64,000 nt of DNA from Patescibacteria group bacterium (GCA_050949505.1 JBMNFV010000001.1:445625-509624), one strand, 5' to 3'; numbered from the stretch's first letter, positions 1 to 9,278 are shown. The notes: generated from the sequence alone by a model not told the origin. Translations and numbers: made by a program.

Positions 1-427
1 ACTAGAGATGCGCGCCTACCTTAACAATCAGTCAGGCCTCTTAGGCCTTTCGGGAATTAGCGATGATATTAGAGGATTGTTAGCCGTGGAAGACAGTCAG
101 GCTGATGCCCGCCTAGCCCTAGCTGTGTATGTCGCCCGTATCAAACAAGAGATTGGTCGGATGGCAGCTAATTTAGGGGGAGTGGATTTATTAATCTTTG
201 CCGGTACAGTTGGGGAGCGCTCCTTTATTATGCGAGGCAGGATCGTGGCTGGCTTAGAGTTTCTTGGCCTAGAGCTTAACCAAGAGTTAAATAGGCAGTC
301 TGAGGGAGTGGAGGTTTGGTTATCTAGTGAGCAGTCACGAGTGAAGGTCTTAGTCGCCAAGACCGATGAAACCCTAGAAATTGCTCAGGCCACTCAGACG
401 GTGATTGATAATTTAAGGGGTAATTAG
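1..427 (+). CDS. ackA: acetate kinase, C-terminal fragment (5' end lies outside the window)
   Basis: Translation (GVDLLIFAGTVGERS...VKVLVAKTDETLEIA) matches the conserved C-terminal region of acetate/propionate kinases (cf. GVDAIVFTAGIGENS...VIPTNEELVIA). The ORF runs to the window edge with no in-window start. Confidence 0.7.
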   Translation, partial: LEMRAYLNNQSGLLGLSGISDDIRGLLAVEDSQADARLALAVYVARIKQEIGRMAANLGGVDLLIFAGTVGERSFIMRGRIVAGLEFLGLELNQELNRQSEGVEVWLSSEQSRVKVLVAKTDETLEIAQATQTVIDNLRGN

Positions 428-513
428 CCTTAGTTGTCAGAAGTGCTAGATTGCCCTATAATAAAGGAGCTAATTAACTAATTAAACAAATTTTTTTAAA
501 TATTAATAAATTT

Positions 514-1545
514 ATGCACACTAAAATTATTGCTACGATTGGACTAGAAACCGAGAAAGAAAAAAACCTGCTGGCTTTGATAAAGGCGGGAGTGAGAATG
601 ATTAGGGTTAATTTCTCTCACGCTAGCTACGACCAGTATTTGCGGGTTCAGAAAATTATTAAAGCCTATAACCGAAAGAATAAAAATAACCCAGTCTCAT
701 TAATGATGGATTTACAGGGACCACGGATTAGAGTGGGGCAGATGCCCGAGAAGGGAATCGTGATGCGCCTTAATGAAGAGTATCAATTCACCTATTCCCG
801 ACGAGCCTATCAAAATGACCAGGTGATCCCCATTGATAATCAAGACCTCTATAAATATATTAAACCAAAAGACCCTTTGTTCTTATGTAATGGTGATATT
901 GAATTAACCGTTACCGCCGTTGAAGACAAGGTGATTAAAGCTAAGGTGATTAACAATGGTGTGCTCCATAGCAATAAAGGGGTTAATGTCCCTAACACTA
1001 ATTTAAAGAAGTTTGGACTCACTGCTAAAGACCGGCGCGATGTGGCCTTTGGGATTCAGGCCGGGATGGACTATGTAGCACTTTCCTTTGTCCAAACCGC
1101 TGAGGATGTTAAGCGCCTTAAAAAACTATTAGGCAAAGATAGTACGGTGAAGATAATTTCTAAAATAGAGCGAGGGATAGCCCTTAAAAATATTAATGAG
1201 ATCATTAAGGAGTCAGATGTGATTATGATTGCTCGGGGTGACCTAGGCATTGAAGTTCCGATAGAAGAGCTGCCAATTATTCAGAAGAACTTGATTAAGC
1301 AAGCTCATTGGTATGGCAAGCCCGCTATTTTAGCCACACAAATTATGACCTCAATGATTAAAAATCCTCATCCTACCCGAGCGGAAGTTAGTGATATTGC
1401 TAACGCTATTTTTGACCGAGCGGATATGGTAATGCTTTCAGATGAGACTGCCGTGGGTGACTATCCAATTGAAGCGGTTAAAATTATGCGTAAAATAGTC
1501 AAGAAGACTACGGACTATGTTAATAAAAATTGTATTAGTGAATAG
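514..1545 (+). CDS. pyk: pyruvate kinase, short form (A+B domains only, no C-terminal regulatory domain)
   Basis: N-terminal IIATIGLETEK...MIRVNFSH and MMDLQGPRIRVG motifs are present, with a B-domain insert. The 343 aa product ends right after the A-domain barrel. Confidence 0.9.
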   Translation: MHTKIIATIGLETEKEKNLLALIKAGVRMIRVNFSHASYDQYLRVQKIIKAYNRKNKNNPVSLMMDLQGPRIRVGQMPEKGIVMRLNEEYQFTYSRRAYQNDQVIPIDNQDLYKYIKPKDPLFLCNGDIELTVTAVEDKVIKAKVINNGVLHSNKGVNVPNTNLKKFGLTAKDRRDVAFGIQAGMDYVALSFVQTAEDVKRLKKLLGKDSTVKIISKIERGIALKNINEIIKESDVIMIARGDLGIEVPIEELPIIQKNLIKQAHWYGKPAILATQIMTSMIKNPHPTRAEVSDIANAIFDRADMVMLSDETAVGDYPIEAVKIMRKIVKKTTDYVNKNCISE

Positions 1546-1549
1546 TAAT

Positions 1550-2839
1550 ATGAAAATAACTAGCCTACAAGCTTTACAAATTCTAGACTCACGCGGACAA
1601 CCGACCATTCAGGTAAGTCTCGGCTTAGAATCAGGTCTCAAGGCGACAGCCTCAGTTCCTAGTGGGGCTTCCACCGGCAGTCACGAGGCTAAAGAATTAA
1701 GGGATGGAGGTCCAGACTATCAGGGTCTAGGGGTGAGTCAGGCAATTAGCAATATTACCGAAAAGATTGCCCCTCGGCTGATTGGTTTAGAGGTTCAAAA
1801 TCAAGCTCAGCTAGACCAATTAATGATAGAGTTAGATGGCACGGCCGATAAGTCAAATCTAGGCGCTAACGCTATTTTAGGCGTCTCCTTAGCAATTGCG
1901 CGGGCCGGGGCTCTTGGTGCCCAATTGCCGCTATATGAATACTTAAGTCAATTTAACCCCAACTTCTCCGGGACCTACACTCTTCCTATTCCAATGCTCA
2001 ATGTTTTAAATGGGGGAGAGCATGCTAATTGGTCAACCGATATTCAAGAATATATGATCATGCCAGTGGGAGCACAGTCTTTTGCCCAGGCCTTGAAAAT
2101 GGGAGCCGAGATTTACCAACACTTAAAGAAGATTATCAAAGAGCAGGGCGATAAAATTACCGTTGGTGATGAGGGTGGCTTTGCGCCAGCCTTTAAGACT
2201 AATGAAGAGGCCTTTAGTCTGCTTAGTCAGGCCATTTTGGCGGCCGGTTATCAGCTAGGCACTGAGGTGGTCTTGGCGATTGATGCTGCCGCTAGTGAGT
2301 TCTACCAACCAGCAACCGATAGCTATGAACTTAAAAAAGAGGCTAAAAGTTTAAGCCGAGCGGAGTTAAGCGAGTTTTATCAGGGATTAATTAAGCGCTA
2401 TCCTTTATGGTCACTAGAAGACCCCTTTGCCGAAGATGATTGGACAGGCTTTAAAGAACTAACGGCTGCCTTGACTCCCCCCAAGCAGATAGTGGGCGAT
2501 GACTTGTATGTAACTAATAGTGAGCGCTTAGCGCGAGGAATCGCTGAGCAAGCGAGCAACTCTATTTTAATCAAGCCCAATCAGATAGGTACTCTTACAG
2601 AAACTATTAAGACTATTAATGAGGCACAAGCCCAAGGACTAACCGCCATTATCTCTCATCGGAGCGGGGAAACTGAAGATACCTTCATTGCCGATCTAGC
2701 AGTCGCAATGGGAACGGGACAAATTAAGACGGGCGCGCCAGCCAGAAGCGAGCGAACCGCTAAATATAATCGCTTGCTAGCGATAGAGCAGGAATTAGGC
2801 GAGCGAGCGGTGTATGCTAAATTTCCATTTTTCCCTTAA
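1550..2839 (+). CDS. eno: enolase (phosphopyruvate hydratase)
   Basis: ITSLQALQILDSRGQPTIQV...SVPSGASTGSHEA and the C-terminal SHRSGETEDTFIADLAVA motif. Start chosen at ATG 1550 (MKITS), 4 nt after the pyk stop. The ORF-track start at 1517 overlaps pyk. Confidence 0.95.
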   Translation: MKITSLQALQILDSRGQPTIQVSLGLESGLKATASVPSGASTGSHEAKELRDGGPDYQGLGVSQAISNITEKIAPRLIGLEVQNQAQLDQLMIELDGTADKSNLGANAILGVSLAIARAGALGAQLPLYEYLSQFNPNFSGTYTLPIPMLNVLNGGEHANWSTDIQEYMIMPVGAQSFAQALKMGAEIYQHLKKIIKEQGDKITVGDEGGFAPAFKTNEEAFSLLSQAILAAGYQLGTEVVLAIDAAASEFYQPATDSYELKKEAKSLSRAELSEFYQGLIKRYPLWSLEDPFAEDDWTGFKELTAALTPPKQIVGDDLYVTNSERLARGIAEQASNSILIKPNQIGTLTETIKTINEAQAQGLTAIISHRSGETEDTFIADLAVAMGTGQIKTGAPARSERTAKYNRLLAIEQELGERAVYAKFPFFP

Positions 2840-2842
2840 ATT

Positions 2843-2851
2843 TGCTATAAT
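2843..2851 (+). promoter_or_regulatory. extended -10 element TGcTATAAT upstream of the SIMPL gene
   Basis: TGCTATAAT lies 33 nt upstream of ATG 2884. The same 9-mer recurs upstream of several other genes in the window. Confidence 0.35.
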
Positions 2852-2883
2852 CAAGGGGCTAATTAATTAAGCAATTAAAAACT

Positions 2884-3624
2884 ATGAAAAAAATAAATGC
2901 CATTTTAAGTGCTCTAGGGATTTTAGTTCTAGGAGCAATAGTGATCACCGCCTTAGTAATCACTAATCAAACTAAGGATAAGGATCGCTTTTCTGTCTCG
3001 GGCTCAGGAACGGTCTATGCCCAAGCGGACATTGCTAATATTGAAATAGGGTTAAGGACGGCAACCAAGAAAACTGCCTTAGAGGCGGTTACCGACAATA
3101 CTAAGAAGATGAATGAGATTATTGCCGCTGTGGGTGAGTTAGGGGTAGAGAAGAAGGACATTAAGACCGCTAACTACAACCTAAACCCAGTCTATAACTA
3201 CACTCAAGCTAGAGGGCAGGAATTAATTGGCTATGAAGTTTATCAAAATATTAGTCTGAAGATTAGAGACTTAGATAAGATAGGTGAAGTGATCGCCAAG
3301 ACCACTGAACAGGGGGCTAATCAGGTTGGTAACATCAGCTTTACCATTGATGATGAATATGAGCTTAAGAATCAGGCCCGAGAGCTAGCAATTAACAAGG
3401 CACAAGAGAAGGCCGAATTAATCGCCGCTCAGTCAGGCATGAAATTAGGAAGAATTAAGGATGTTGTTGAAAACTACTATGACTATCAACCAGTTATGTA
3501 CTCTAACGCTAAACTGCTATTAGATGCTAGCTTTAGAGAAGAGGGGGGAATGGCTTCTCCAGATATTCAATCTGGACAAAACGAAGTTAAGGTGGAGGTA
3601 ACCCTAGTCTACGAAGTGAAATAG
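2884..3624 (+). CDS. SIMPL/DUF541 family periplasmic protein (BP26/OMP28-like), N-terminal signal anchor
   Basis: N-terminal TM segment, then GYEVYQNISLKIRDLDKIGEVI and a C-terminal VEVTLVYEV typical of DUF541/SIMPL proteins. Confidence 0.75.
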   Translation: MKKINAILSALGILVLGAIVITALVITNQTKDKDRFSVSGSGTVYAQADIANIEIGLRTATKKTALEAVTDNTKKMNEIIAAVGELGVEKKDIKTANYNLNPVYNYTQARGQELIGYEVYQNISLKIRDLDKIGEVIAKTTEQGANQVGNISFTIDDEYELKNQARELAINKAQEKAELIAAQSGMKLGRIKDVVENYYDYQPVMYSNAKLLLDASFREEGGMASPDIQSGQNEVKVEVTLVYEVK

Positions 3625-3658
3625 TTAAGGTTAATAGACTAGGATAAATTATAATTTT

Positions 3659-3693
3659 GGACAAGACTGGCTCGTAGCCAGTCTTGTTTTGTT
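3659..3693 (+). terminator. rho-independent terminator after the SIMPL gene
   Basis: Perfect hairpin acaagactggct-cgta-gccagtcttgt followed by TTTTGTT. Confidence 0.55.
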
Positions 3694-3941
3694 AAGCAAA
3701 AAGAGATTAAAATGATGATCACTGGGAAACATATCTTTAATAATTAATTATTTACCCTGTGTAAGTTCCGATAATAAAACACAATAGGAGCTAAAGGTTA
3801 CGTAAAAGGTAACCTTTAGCTCACAAGTCTTAATTATATCAAATTCCAACTTGATTATTTTCTCTTTTTGTGTTAGATTAAAACATTAGTTTAACCAGTT
3901 ATTTAACAATTAAATATGAAAGGAGGAAATTATAGAAATAG

Positions 3942-5438
3942 ATGTCTAACTTAAAAATAAAAGAAATGGAAAAGAACGGAAAAAAAGAAGTAGCCACTAG
4001 TGGCAGAAATATCATGGTAATTGACACTAATGTCCTCATTGAGGACTATGGGTCAATTAGTGAGCTGAGAAAAGGGAATAACCTATTAGTTATCCCCCTA
4101 ACAGTTATCCACGAGTTGGATAACTTAAAAAATGACCCTCGCTTAGGTCATGAAGTTAGGCGGGTAATCAGGATTATCGACGACTTACAAGAGTCTCAAG
4201 ATCCAGGTTTGATTATTGAATCAGGAATGGCTTTTTCTCAGTTGAATCTGGAAAGGGGCAAACCTGACCACCAGATCATAGCTACCCTTAACTATGTCTA
4301 CCAAAGGTGGATTAAGGGGCAAGGGGTCTATAAGGGCTATGATAAGGTAAAACTGATCACTAATGACTTTGGGGTTAAAATCTTAGCTCGCAGTGTTAAC
4401 AAGAGATATGATATTTCCATCGAGCAATATAAGAAGGCTCGGGCTAAGATCCAAAAGAAGGATCTGGAAATACCTTATTTCTTCGTTAGCCCTGATAGGG
4501 TTGCCAAAGATTGGAGCAAAAGTTGTTGTTTTCCAATTAATGGCTTAGAGAAAAAAGTCAATGATGGCTCAGCCATGATTGGCTATACCAGCAAGAAAAA
4601 CGCCAAAAAAGGCGAATTTATTGCGGTAAGGAGGGGTGATCAATTGGAGATGATCCGCTCCAATATCTCGGCGAGTGGCATAAAGCCCAAGCGGAGCAAG
4701 GAGGGAAATCATCCCAACTGGGAACAGGCCCTAGCCTTGTACTATACCCTTAATCAAGACTTTGATTGTGTGTTTTTGCAAGGGGCGGCAGGGTCTGGCA
4801 AAACCTTGATTGCCATGGCAGCCGCACTGGAGCTTAAGAAAAAGGATCTTTATGACAAGGTTATGATTTTTCGAGTCCCTGAACCAGTGGACCGAAAAAA
4901 GACCCTTGGCCTATTGCCAGGTGATGCTGGCGCGAAGATCGGCCTTTACCTTAGACCTATAGCCCAGTCATTAGTTAAGTTAATTGGTGATAGCGACAAC
5001 CGTCGCGGCAACACCATTGCTGAGCTAGCGAATGGGAGGAAGAGGAGAGATAATGAGATAAAGGAAGAAGCTCCTAAAAGCAGCAAAAACTCTAATCTTT
5101 TAGTTCACGTTGATGAACTATTTGATAGATACGGACTAGAAATTGCCGTACTAGAGTTTGTGCGAGGGGAGAATCTTGATAATGCCTTTATCATCGTAGA
5201 TGATGCCCAAAACCTATCCAGGCACGAGGTCAAAACCTTAATTACTAGGGTTGGTGAAAATAGCAAAATTGTTTTCACTGGCGACCTGGGGCAAATAGAC
5301 TCTCCCTACTTGGACGAAACTACTAGTGGACTAGCCCACGCGATTAAGAAGATGGGCACAGATCCACGGGTAGGAATAGTGACGCTTAGACAAACCCTCA
5401 GAAGCCGGGTAGCGACTTTGGCAGAAGAGGTGCTTTAA
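3942..5438 (+). CDS. PhoH-like ATPase with N-terminal PIN domain (YlaK family)
   Basis: PIN-like N-terminus (MVIDTNVLIED...), Walker A GAAGSGKT, PhoH signature IIVDDAQNL...VFTGDLGQID. Contains a basic insert (RRGNTIAELANGRKRRDNEIKEE). Confidence 0.85.
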   Translation: MSNLKIKEMEKNGKKEVATSGRNIMVIDTNVLIEDYGSISELRKGNNLLVIPLTVIHELDNLKNDPRLGHEVRRVIRIIDDLQESQDPGLIIESGMAFSQLNLERGKPDHQIIATLNYVYQRWIKGQGVYKGYDKVKLITNDFGVKILARSVNKRYDISIEQYKKARAKIQKKDLEIPYFFVSPDRVAKDWSKSCCFPINGLEKKVNDGSAMIGYTSKKNAKKGEFIAVRRGDQLEMIRSNISASGIKPKRSKEGNHPNWEQALALYYTLNQDFDCVFLQGAAGSGKTLIAMAAALELKKKDLYDKVMIFRVPEPVDRKKTLGLLPGDAGAKIGLYLRPIAQSLVKLIGDSDNRRGNTIAELANGRKRRDNEIKEEAPKSSKNSNLLVHVDELFDRYGLEIAVLEFVRGENLDNAFIIVDDAQNLSRHEVKTLITRVGENSKIVFTGDLGQIDSPYLDETTSGLAHAIKKMGTDPRVGIVTLRQTLRSRVATLAEEVL

Positions 5439-5446
5439 TAATAATT

Positions 5447-5477
5447 AGGCTTAGTTAAAAACTAAGCCTTTTTTATT
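5447..5477 (+). terminator. rho-independent terminator after the PhoH-like gene
   Basis: aggcttagtt-aaa-aactaagcct (10 bp perfect stem) followed by TTTTTTATT. Confidence 0.6.
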
Positions 5478-5505
5478 TGAAAAAAGAGATTAAAAGTGCT
5501 ATAAT
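5477..5505 (+). promoter_or_regulatory. sigma70-type promoter TTGAAA-17-TGcTATAAT for the TM2-LemA-TPM genes
   Basis: -35 TTGAAA (5477-5482), 17-nt spacer, extended -10 TGCTATAAT (5497-5505), 35 nt upstream of ATG 5541. Confidence 0.45.
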
Positions 5506-5540
5506 TAAGAAAGTTTAATAATAATTTAAGTTTATCAATT

Positions 5541-5858
5541 ATGAGTAAAGAAACAAAACTACAAAAACAACCTAATATAAATACAGAGACAGAAGAACAA
5601 GTAGAGGTTATTATTAATTCAGAAGAGCAGGGGACTCAAGGCAAGAAGAAAAAAGAAAAGGATAGAACAGTGGCGGCGCTCTTAGCTTTCTTTTTGGGAG
5701 GCTTAGGAGTTCATCGCTTTTATTTAGGCAAAACCGTTAGTGGGGTGATTATGTTAATCTTTTCCTGGACCATGATCCCCGCCTTTGTTGCTCTAATAGA
5801 CTTTATTATCATTATCACTACTGATAAAGAAGATTTTAATAAAAAATATAATAGTTAA
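5541..5858 (+). CDS. TM2 domain-containing membrane protein
   Basis: Charged N-terminus followed by AALLAFFLGGLGVHRFYLGK...IMLIFSW, a classic TM2 (two-helix) domain. Confidence 0.8.
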   Translation: MSKETKLQKQPNINTETEEQVEVIINSEEQGTQGKKKKEKDRTVAALLAFFLGGLGVHRFYLGKTVSGVIMLIFSWTMIPAFVALIDFIIIITTDKEDFNKKYNS

Positions 5859-5875
5859 TTAATTAGAAAAAATTT

Positions 5876-6442
5876 ATGAAAAAAAAGAACATTATTTGGG
5901 GTCTAGTCGCTTTAGTCATCCTAGTAGTGATTGGTCTATGGTCGTCATACAACAAATTAGTGGTAGCCGAGGAAGGAGTTAATACTCAATGGGCACAAGT
6001 TGAAGCTCAATACCAAAGGCGAGCTGATTTAATTATGAATTTAATGGCCTCAGTTGAAGGACAGTTTGATCAAGAGCAAGCAGTTTTTGGTGAACTAGCT
6101 AGAGCTAGACAGAATTATTCAGGTGCTCAGACGATGGGAGATAAAATTCAAGCTGCTACCGAAATGGATGGGGCGCTAGGGCGCTTATTAGTGATCATGG
6201 AGAATTATCCAGAATTGAAGTCTAGTGAGCTTATGGCCCAATTTATGGCCCAACAAGAGGGAACGGAGAATCGGATCTCAGTGGAAAGACAGCGATTTAA
6301 TGAAGCTGCTCAAAATTACAATATTTTAACCAGAAGAATCCCTACTAATATAATTGCTAGTCTATTTAACTTTTCTGCTAAACCCTATTTCCAATCAAGT
6401 CCTGGGGCAGAACAGGCTCCACAAATTGATTTTCGCCGTTAA
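5876..6442 (+). CDS. lemA: LemA family protein
   Basis: N-terminal TM, then NKLVVAEEGVNTQWAQVEAQYQRRADLI, the LemA signature. Followed by a TPM-domain gene, the canonical LemA-TPM pair. Confidence 0.85.
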   Translation: MKKKNIIWGLVALVILVVIGLWSSYNKLVVAEEGVNTQWAQVEAQYQRRADLIMNLMASVEGQFDQEQAVFGELARARQNYSGAQTMGDKIQAATEMDGALGRLLVIMENYPELKSSELMAQFMAQQEGTENRISVERQRFNEAAQNYNILTRRIPTNIIASLFNFSAKPYFQSSPGAEQAPQIDFRR

Positions 6443-6457
6443 AATTAGTTTAGTTAA

Positions 6458-7381
6458 ATGCGGTTAATTATTAAACAAATATTAGTAGTTGGTTTAGTGA
6501 TCTCAGGGTTAATCTGGGGAGCAAGTTTTTCTGCTAAAGCTGAGACAGTGGCTGAACTCGGGACACCCACTGGTTATGTTAATGATTATGCCACTGTTCT
6601 TAGTGAATCAGAGCGAGCTGAACTTAACCAGCAACTAACGGCGTTTGCTCAGGAAACTAGCAATGAGCTGGTAGTTGTTACAGTTAACGACTTGGCAGGG
6701 CTGCCAATTGAGTATTACGCCACCGAATTATTTGCTAAATGGCAGATTGGTCAAGCCGGCCGAGATAATGGAGTTTTGTTGTTAATCGCTAAAGATGAGG
6801 GTGAGCTAAGAATTGAGGTAGGCTACGGCTTAGAAGGGGCGATCACGGATGCTTTAAGTTATCAAATTGTTACCCAGAAAATAGCGCCAGCGCTAACCGC
6901 GGGTAATTATTATCAAGGAATTAAAGCAGGACTGGATAGCTTAATGGAAGCATCTCAAGGAGAATATACGGCTACTGAGCCAGTGAGACATAATCAAGGA
7001 GAATGGTTTCTTTTTTTAGTCAAACTCTTTATTCTAGCAGCGGGACTCCTTAATCTCCTCTGGCGCTATTTAGCAAAGACTAAGTCTTGGTGGCAGGGAG
7101 GAGTGATTGGCTTGGTGCTTGGACTACTGATTGCGACTATTATTACTAAAGAGCCAGTAACGATAATAGTCACGGCTTTAGTTCTAATGACCTTAGGCTT
7201 TATTGCCGACTACCTAGTCTCACGAGTCTTACCTCCACCAAAGCTGCTACCAAAAAACAAGACAGGTGGACGAGGCGGCGGCACTTGGTTTATTGGCGGT
7301 GGTGGCGGAGGCAGCAGTGGTGGCTTTGGTGGCTTTGGGGGTGGTCGTAGCGGTGGGGGTGGTTTCTCAGGGAGGTTTTAA
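6458..7381 (+). CDS. TPM-domain (YgcG-like) membrane protein with Gly-rich C-terminal tail
   Basis: Signal/TM, then GYVNDYATVLSESERAELNQ...VVVTV...RDNGVLLLIAKDEGELRIEVGYGLEG (TPM/TLP18.3 fold), C-terminal TM helices and a GGRGGGTWFIGGGGGGSSGGFGGFGGG tail. Confidence 0.75.
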   Translation: MRLIIKQILVVGLVISGLIWGASFSAKAETVAELGTPTGYVNDYATVLSESERAELNQQLTAFAQETSNELVVVTVNDLAGLPIEYYATELFAKWQIGQAGRDNGVLLLIAKDEGELRIEVGYGLEGAITDALSYQIVTQKIAPALTAGNYYQGIKAGLDSLMEASQGEYTATEPVRHNQGEWFLFLVKLFILAAGLLNLLWRYLAKTKSWWQGGVIGLVLGLLIATIITKEPVTIIVTALVLMTLGFIADYLVSRVLPPPKLLPKNKTGGRGGGTWFIGGGGGGSSGGFGGFGGGRSGGGGFSGRF

Positions 7382-7406
7382 TAATATGAATAATAAACTA
7401 GAATTA

Positions 7407-7426
7407 TATAGACTATATAGACTAAC
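7407..7426. repeat. tandem direct repeat TATAGACTA x2 upstream of rlmH
   Basis: tatagactatatagactaac, 8 nt upstream of the rlmH ATG. Member of the TTAGACT/TAGACT intergenic motif family. Confidence 0.6.
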
Positions 7427-7434
7427 GATCGCTT

Positions 7435-7896
7435 ATGTTAGAAATTATATTATTAGTCATCGGTTCGGTGCGAGATAGACGTTATCAGGAGCTAATTAAA
7501 GACTACCGAAAAAGACTAAAACCTTATTTACGATTAACTGAGATAGAGCTCAAGGCTCTATCTTTTACTACCGCCACTAAAAGCAGGGCTCGGGATTATG
7601 AGAGTGAGCGCATCAGAGAATCGCTACGGAAGTATGAAGATAGTCACTTAATCTATCTGCTCGCGGAACGGGGTCAGCAGTTTGATTCTGTGGCCCTAGC
7701 TAGACACCTAAGAGACCAGCAGCCCTTAGTCCTAGTGATCGGAGGCAGCCTAGGCTTTAGCGAGTCTTTAATTAAGCAGTATCCAGCCATCTCCTTGTCA
7801 GCCCTCACCTTGCCGCATGAGTTAGCTCGGGTAGTATTATTTGAACAATTATTTAGGGCGGCTTGTATTTTAAATAATAAGGAGTATCACCACTAA
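7435..7896 (+). CDS. rlmH: 23S rRNA (pseudouridine1915-N3)-methyltransferase RlmH (SPOUT)
   Basis: 153 aa. VLVIGGSLGFSESL...LSALTLPHELARVVLFEQLFRA matches the RlmH/YbeA C-terminal knot. Confidence 0.8.
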   Translation: MLEIILLVIGSVRDRRYQELIKDYRKRLKPYLRLTEIELKALSFTTATKSRARDYESERIRESLRKYEDSHLIYLLAERGQQFDSVALARHLRDQQPLVLVIGGSLGFSESLIKQYPAISLSALTLPHELARVVLFEQLFRAACILNNKEYHH

Positions 7897-7906
7897 GCAA
7901 ATATTT

Positions 7907-8623
7907 ATGACTGAGTTAGCTAAGCTTAAACAAGCGCTAATTAGGGCAGCTGACCCGCGGCAAGTTGAGGGCTTGCAGAGATTCTTTAAAACCGCCCCAG
8001 GAGAATATGGGGCCGGTGATGTTTTCTTGGGTCTTAAAATTCCTCAGATTAGAGTGATAGTTAGGGACTACTTAAAGCTAAGCTACTCAGACTTAGCTAG
8101 TTTGTTATCAAGTAAGTATCACGAGTTTAGACTGGCCGCCTTATTTATTTTAGTTAAACAATATCAAGTGGCTAACAAGGAGCCAGAGCAAATTGTTAAT
8201 TTCTATTTAAGCAAACTACCGCGAGTTAATAATTGGGACTTGGTAGACTTATCTGCCCCCTATATCTTAGGTGACTATCTATTAAACAAACCGGCTTTAA
8301 GAAAAAGCCTTTTAAGCAAGTTAGCTAACTCAGAGATTTTGTGGGAGCGTCGGGTGGCGATAGTAGCTTGCTATCCACTGATTAAGGCGGGGAGTACTTT
8401 AGAGATCTTTAAACTCACCAAACAATTAGCTGGTGACCAAGAAGATCTAATTCACAAGGCGCTGGGCTGGATGTTAAGAGAGGTGGGCAAACAGGTAAGT
8501 GAAGAGGTTTTAAAAGAATTTCTCAGGGCCCAGTATCCTAAGTTAGCCCGCACTACTCTGCGTTATGCAATAGAGCGATTTAAGGAAGAGGAGCGACTTT
8601 GGTATCTCCGAGGGGATTTTTAA
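7907..8623 (+). CDS. DNA alkylation repair protein (AlkD-like HEAT-repeat glycosylase family)
   Basis: Length and motifs (RAADPRQVEGLQRFFKT...YGAGDVFLGLKIPQIR...WERRVAIVACYP) fit the DNA_alkylation (PF08713) family. Confidence 0.65.
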   Translation: MTELAKLKQALIRAADPRQVEGLQRFFKTAPGEYGAGDVFLGLKIPQIRVIVRDYLKLSYSDLASLLSSKYHEFRLAALFILVKQYQVANKEPEQIVNFYLSKLPRVNNWDLVDLSAPYILGDYLLNKPALRKSLLSKLANSEILWERRVAIVACYPLIKAGSTLEIFKLTKQLAGDQEDLIHKALGWMLREVGKQVSEEVLKEFLRAQYPKLARTTLRYAIERFKEEERLWYLRGDF

Positions 8624-8651
8624 GAGCAGGGGATAAATCACCCTTTATTTA

Positions 8652-8680
8652 TTGGCAGAATATTCAGAGTGTGCTATAAT
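8652..8680 (+). promoter_or_regulatory. near-consensus sigma70 promoter TTGGCA-17-TATAAT (extended TGc) for hup
   Basis: -35 TTGGCA 8652-8657, 17-nt spacer, TGCTATAAT 8672-8680. TAGACT motifs lie immediately downstream (8679-8726). Confidence 0.55.
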
Positions 8681-8833
8681 AGACTTGTCTTCATTGAGCT
8701 TTAGTTAGACTCGGAGTTTAGACCCCGATAAACACTAACTAATTTTCAGGAGACAAGAAAAAGTTTAATAATCTTAATCGAGGAGTTTAGTGGTTAGCTT
8801 CTGTAAGTTATCGGCTAGACCCTCAAAAAAATT

Positions 8834-9115
8834 ATGCAAAAAATGACAAAAGCAAGATTGATTGCTAGCTTGTCTGAGAGCACTGGTCTAAGCAAAAAAG
8901 AAGTTAGTGCTTTCATGGATACCTTGACCGAGACCGTGTACAAGGAAGTGAAGAAGAATGGCGAATGCCCACTACCAGGTTTTGGTAAGTTGGTAAAAGC
9001 TAAGCGCAAGGCCAGAGAGGGACGTAACCCAGCCACTGGAGAAACTATTCAAATTCCTGCTAAGACCGTGGTTAAGTTCCGTCTAGCTAAGGCGGCTAAG
9101 GACGCGATTCTCTAA
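8834..9115 (+). CDS. hup: DNA-binding protein HU
   Basis: 93 aa. GFGKLVKAKRKAREGRNPATGETIQIPAKTVVKFRLAKAAKDA is the HU arm signature. Confidence 0.9.
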   Translation: MQKMTKARLIASLSESTGLSKKEVSAFMDTLTETVYKEVKKNGECPLPGFGKLVKAKRKAREGRNPATGETIQIPAKTVVKFRLAKAAKDAIL

Positions 9116-9138
9116 ACAAGTTTTTGCAGTAAATATCA

Positions 9139-9171
9139 AAACCATCTCGTCGGAATCCGAGGTGGTTTTTC
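9139..9171 (+). terminator. rho-independent terminator after hup
   Basis: aaccatctcgtcgg-aat-ccgaggtggtt stem (one G.U) followed by TTTTT. Confidence 0.5.
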
Positions 9172-9240
9172 TTAGGAAATTATTCTTAGACTGAGGAGTT
9201 ATTAGCTTGATTAGTAGTTGTCAAGAATTTGCTTAGTGAT

Positions 9241-9278
9241 TTAAAAGAGACCAGACCGCTACGGCGGTCTGGTCTCTT
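9241..9278 (-). terminator. terminator for the minus-strand HTH gene
   Basis: 14-bp perfect stem gagaccagaccgc-tacg-gcggtctggtctc. On the minus strand it is followed by UUUUAAAU. Confidence 0.55.

Noticed and set aside
97-360. Antisense ORFs of 60-165 aa embedded in confidently assigned genes (97-360, 2398-2580, 8815-9036, 10336-10566, 10554-10796, 11046-11354, 12034-12243, 13330-13623, 13936-14430, 14794-15054, 15454-15714, 25807-26187, 29190-29405, 30613-30798, 34747-34962, 40030-40242, 41186-41470, 42597-42815, 42715-42933, 54359-54607, 55671-55907, 56634-56888, 57416-57691, 62569-62757)
   Set aside because: Each lies entirely within or opposite a gene with strong homology-based support. 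None has a motif, RBS or terminator, and their composition reflects the opposite-strand codon bias.
7266-7478. 70-aa + strand ORF overlapping the Gly-rich tail of the TPM gene in another frame
   Set aside because: Alternative-frame reading of a GGC/GGT repeat. It overlaps two real genes and has no independent signals.
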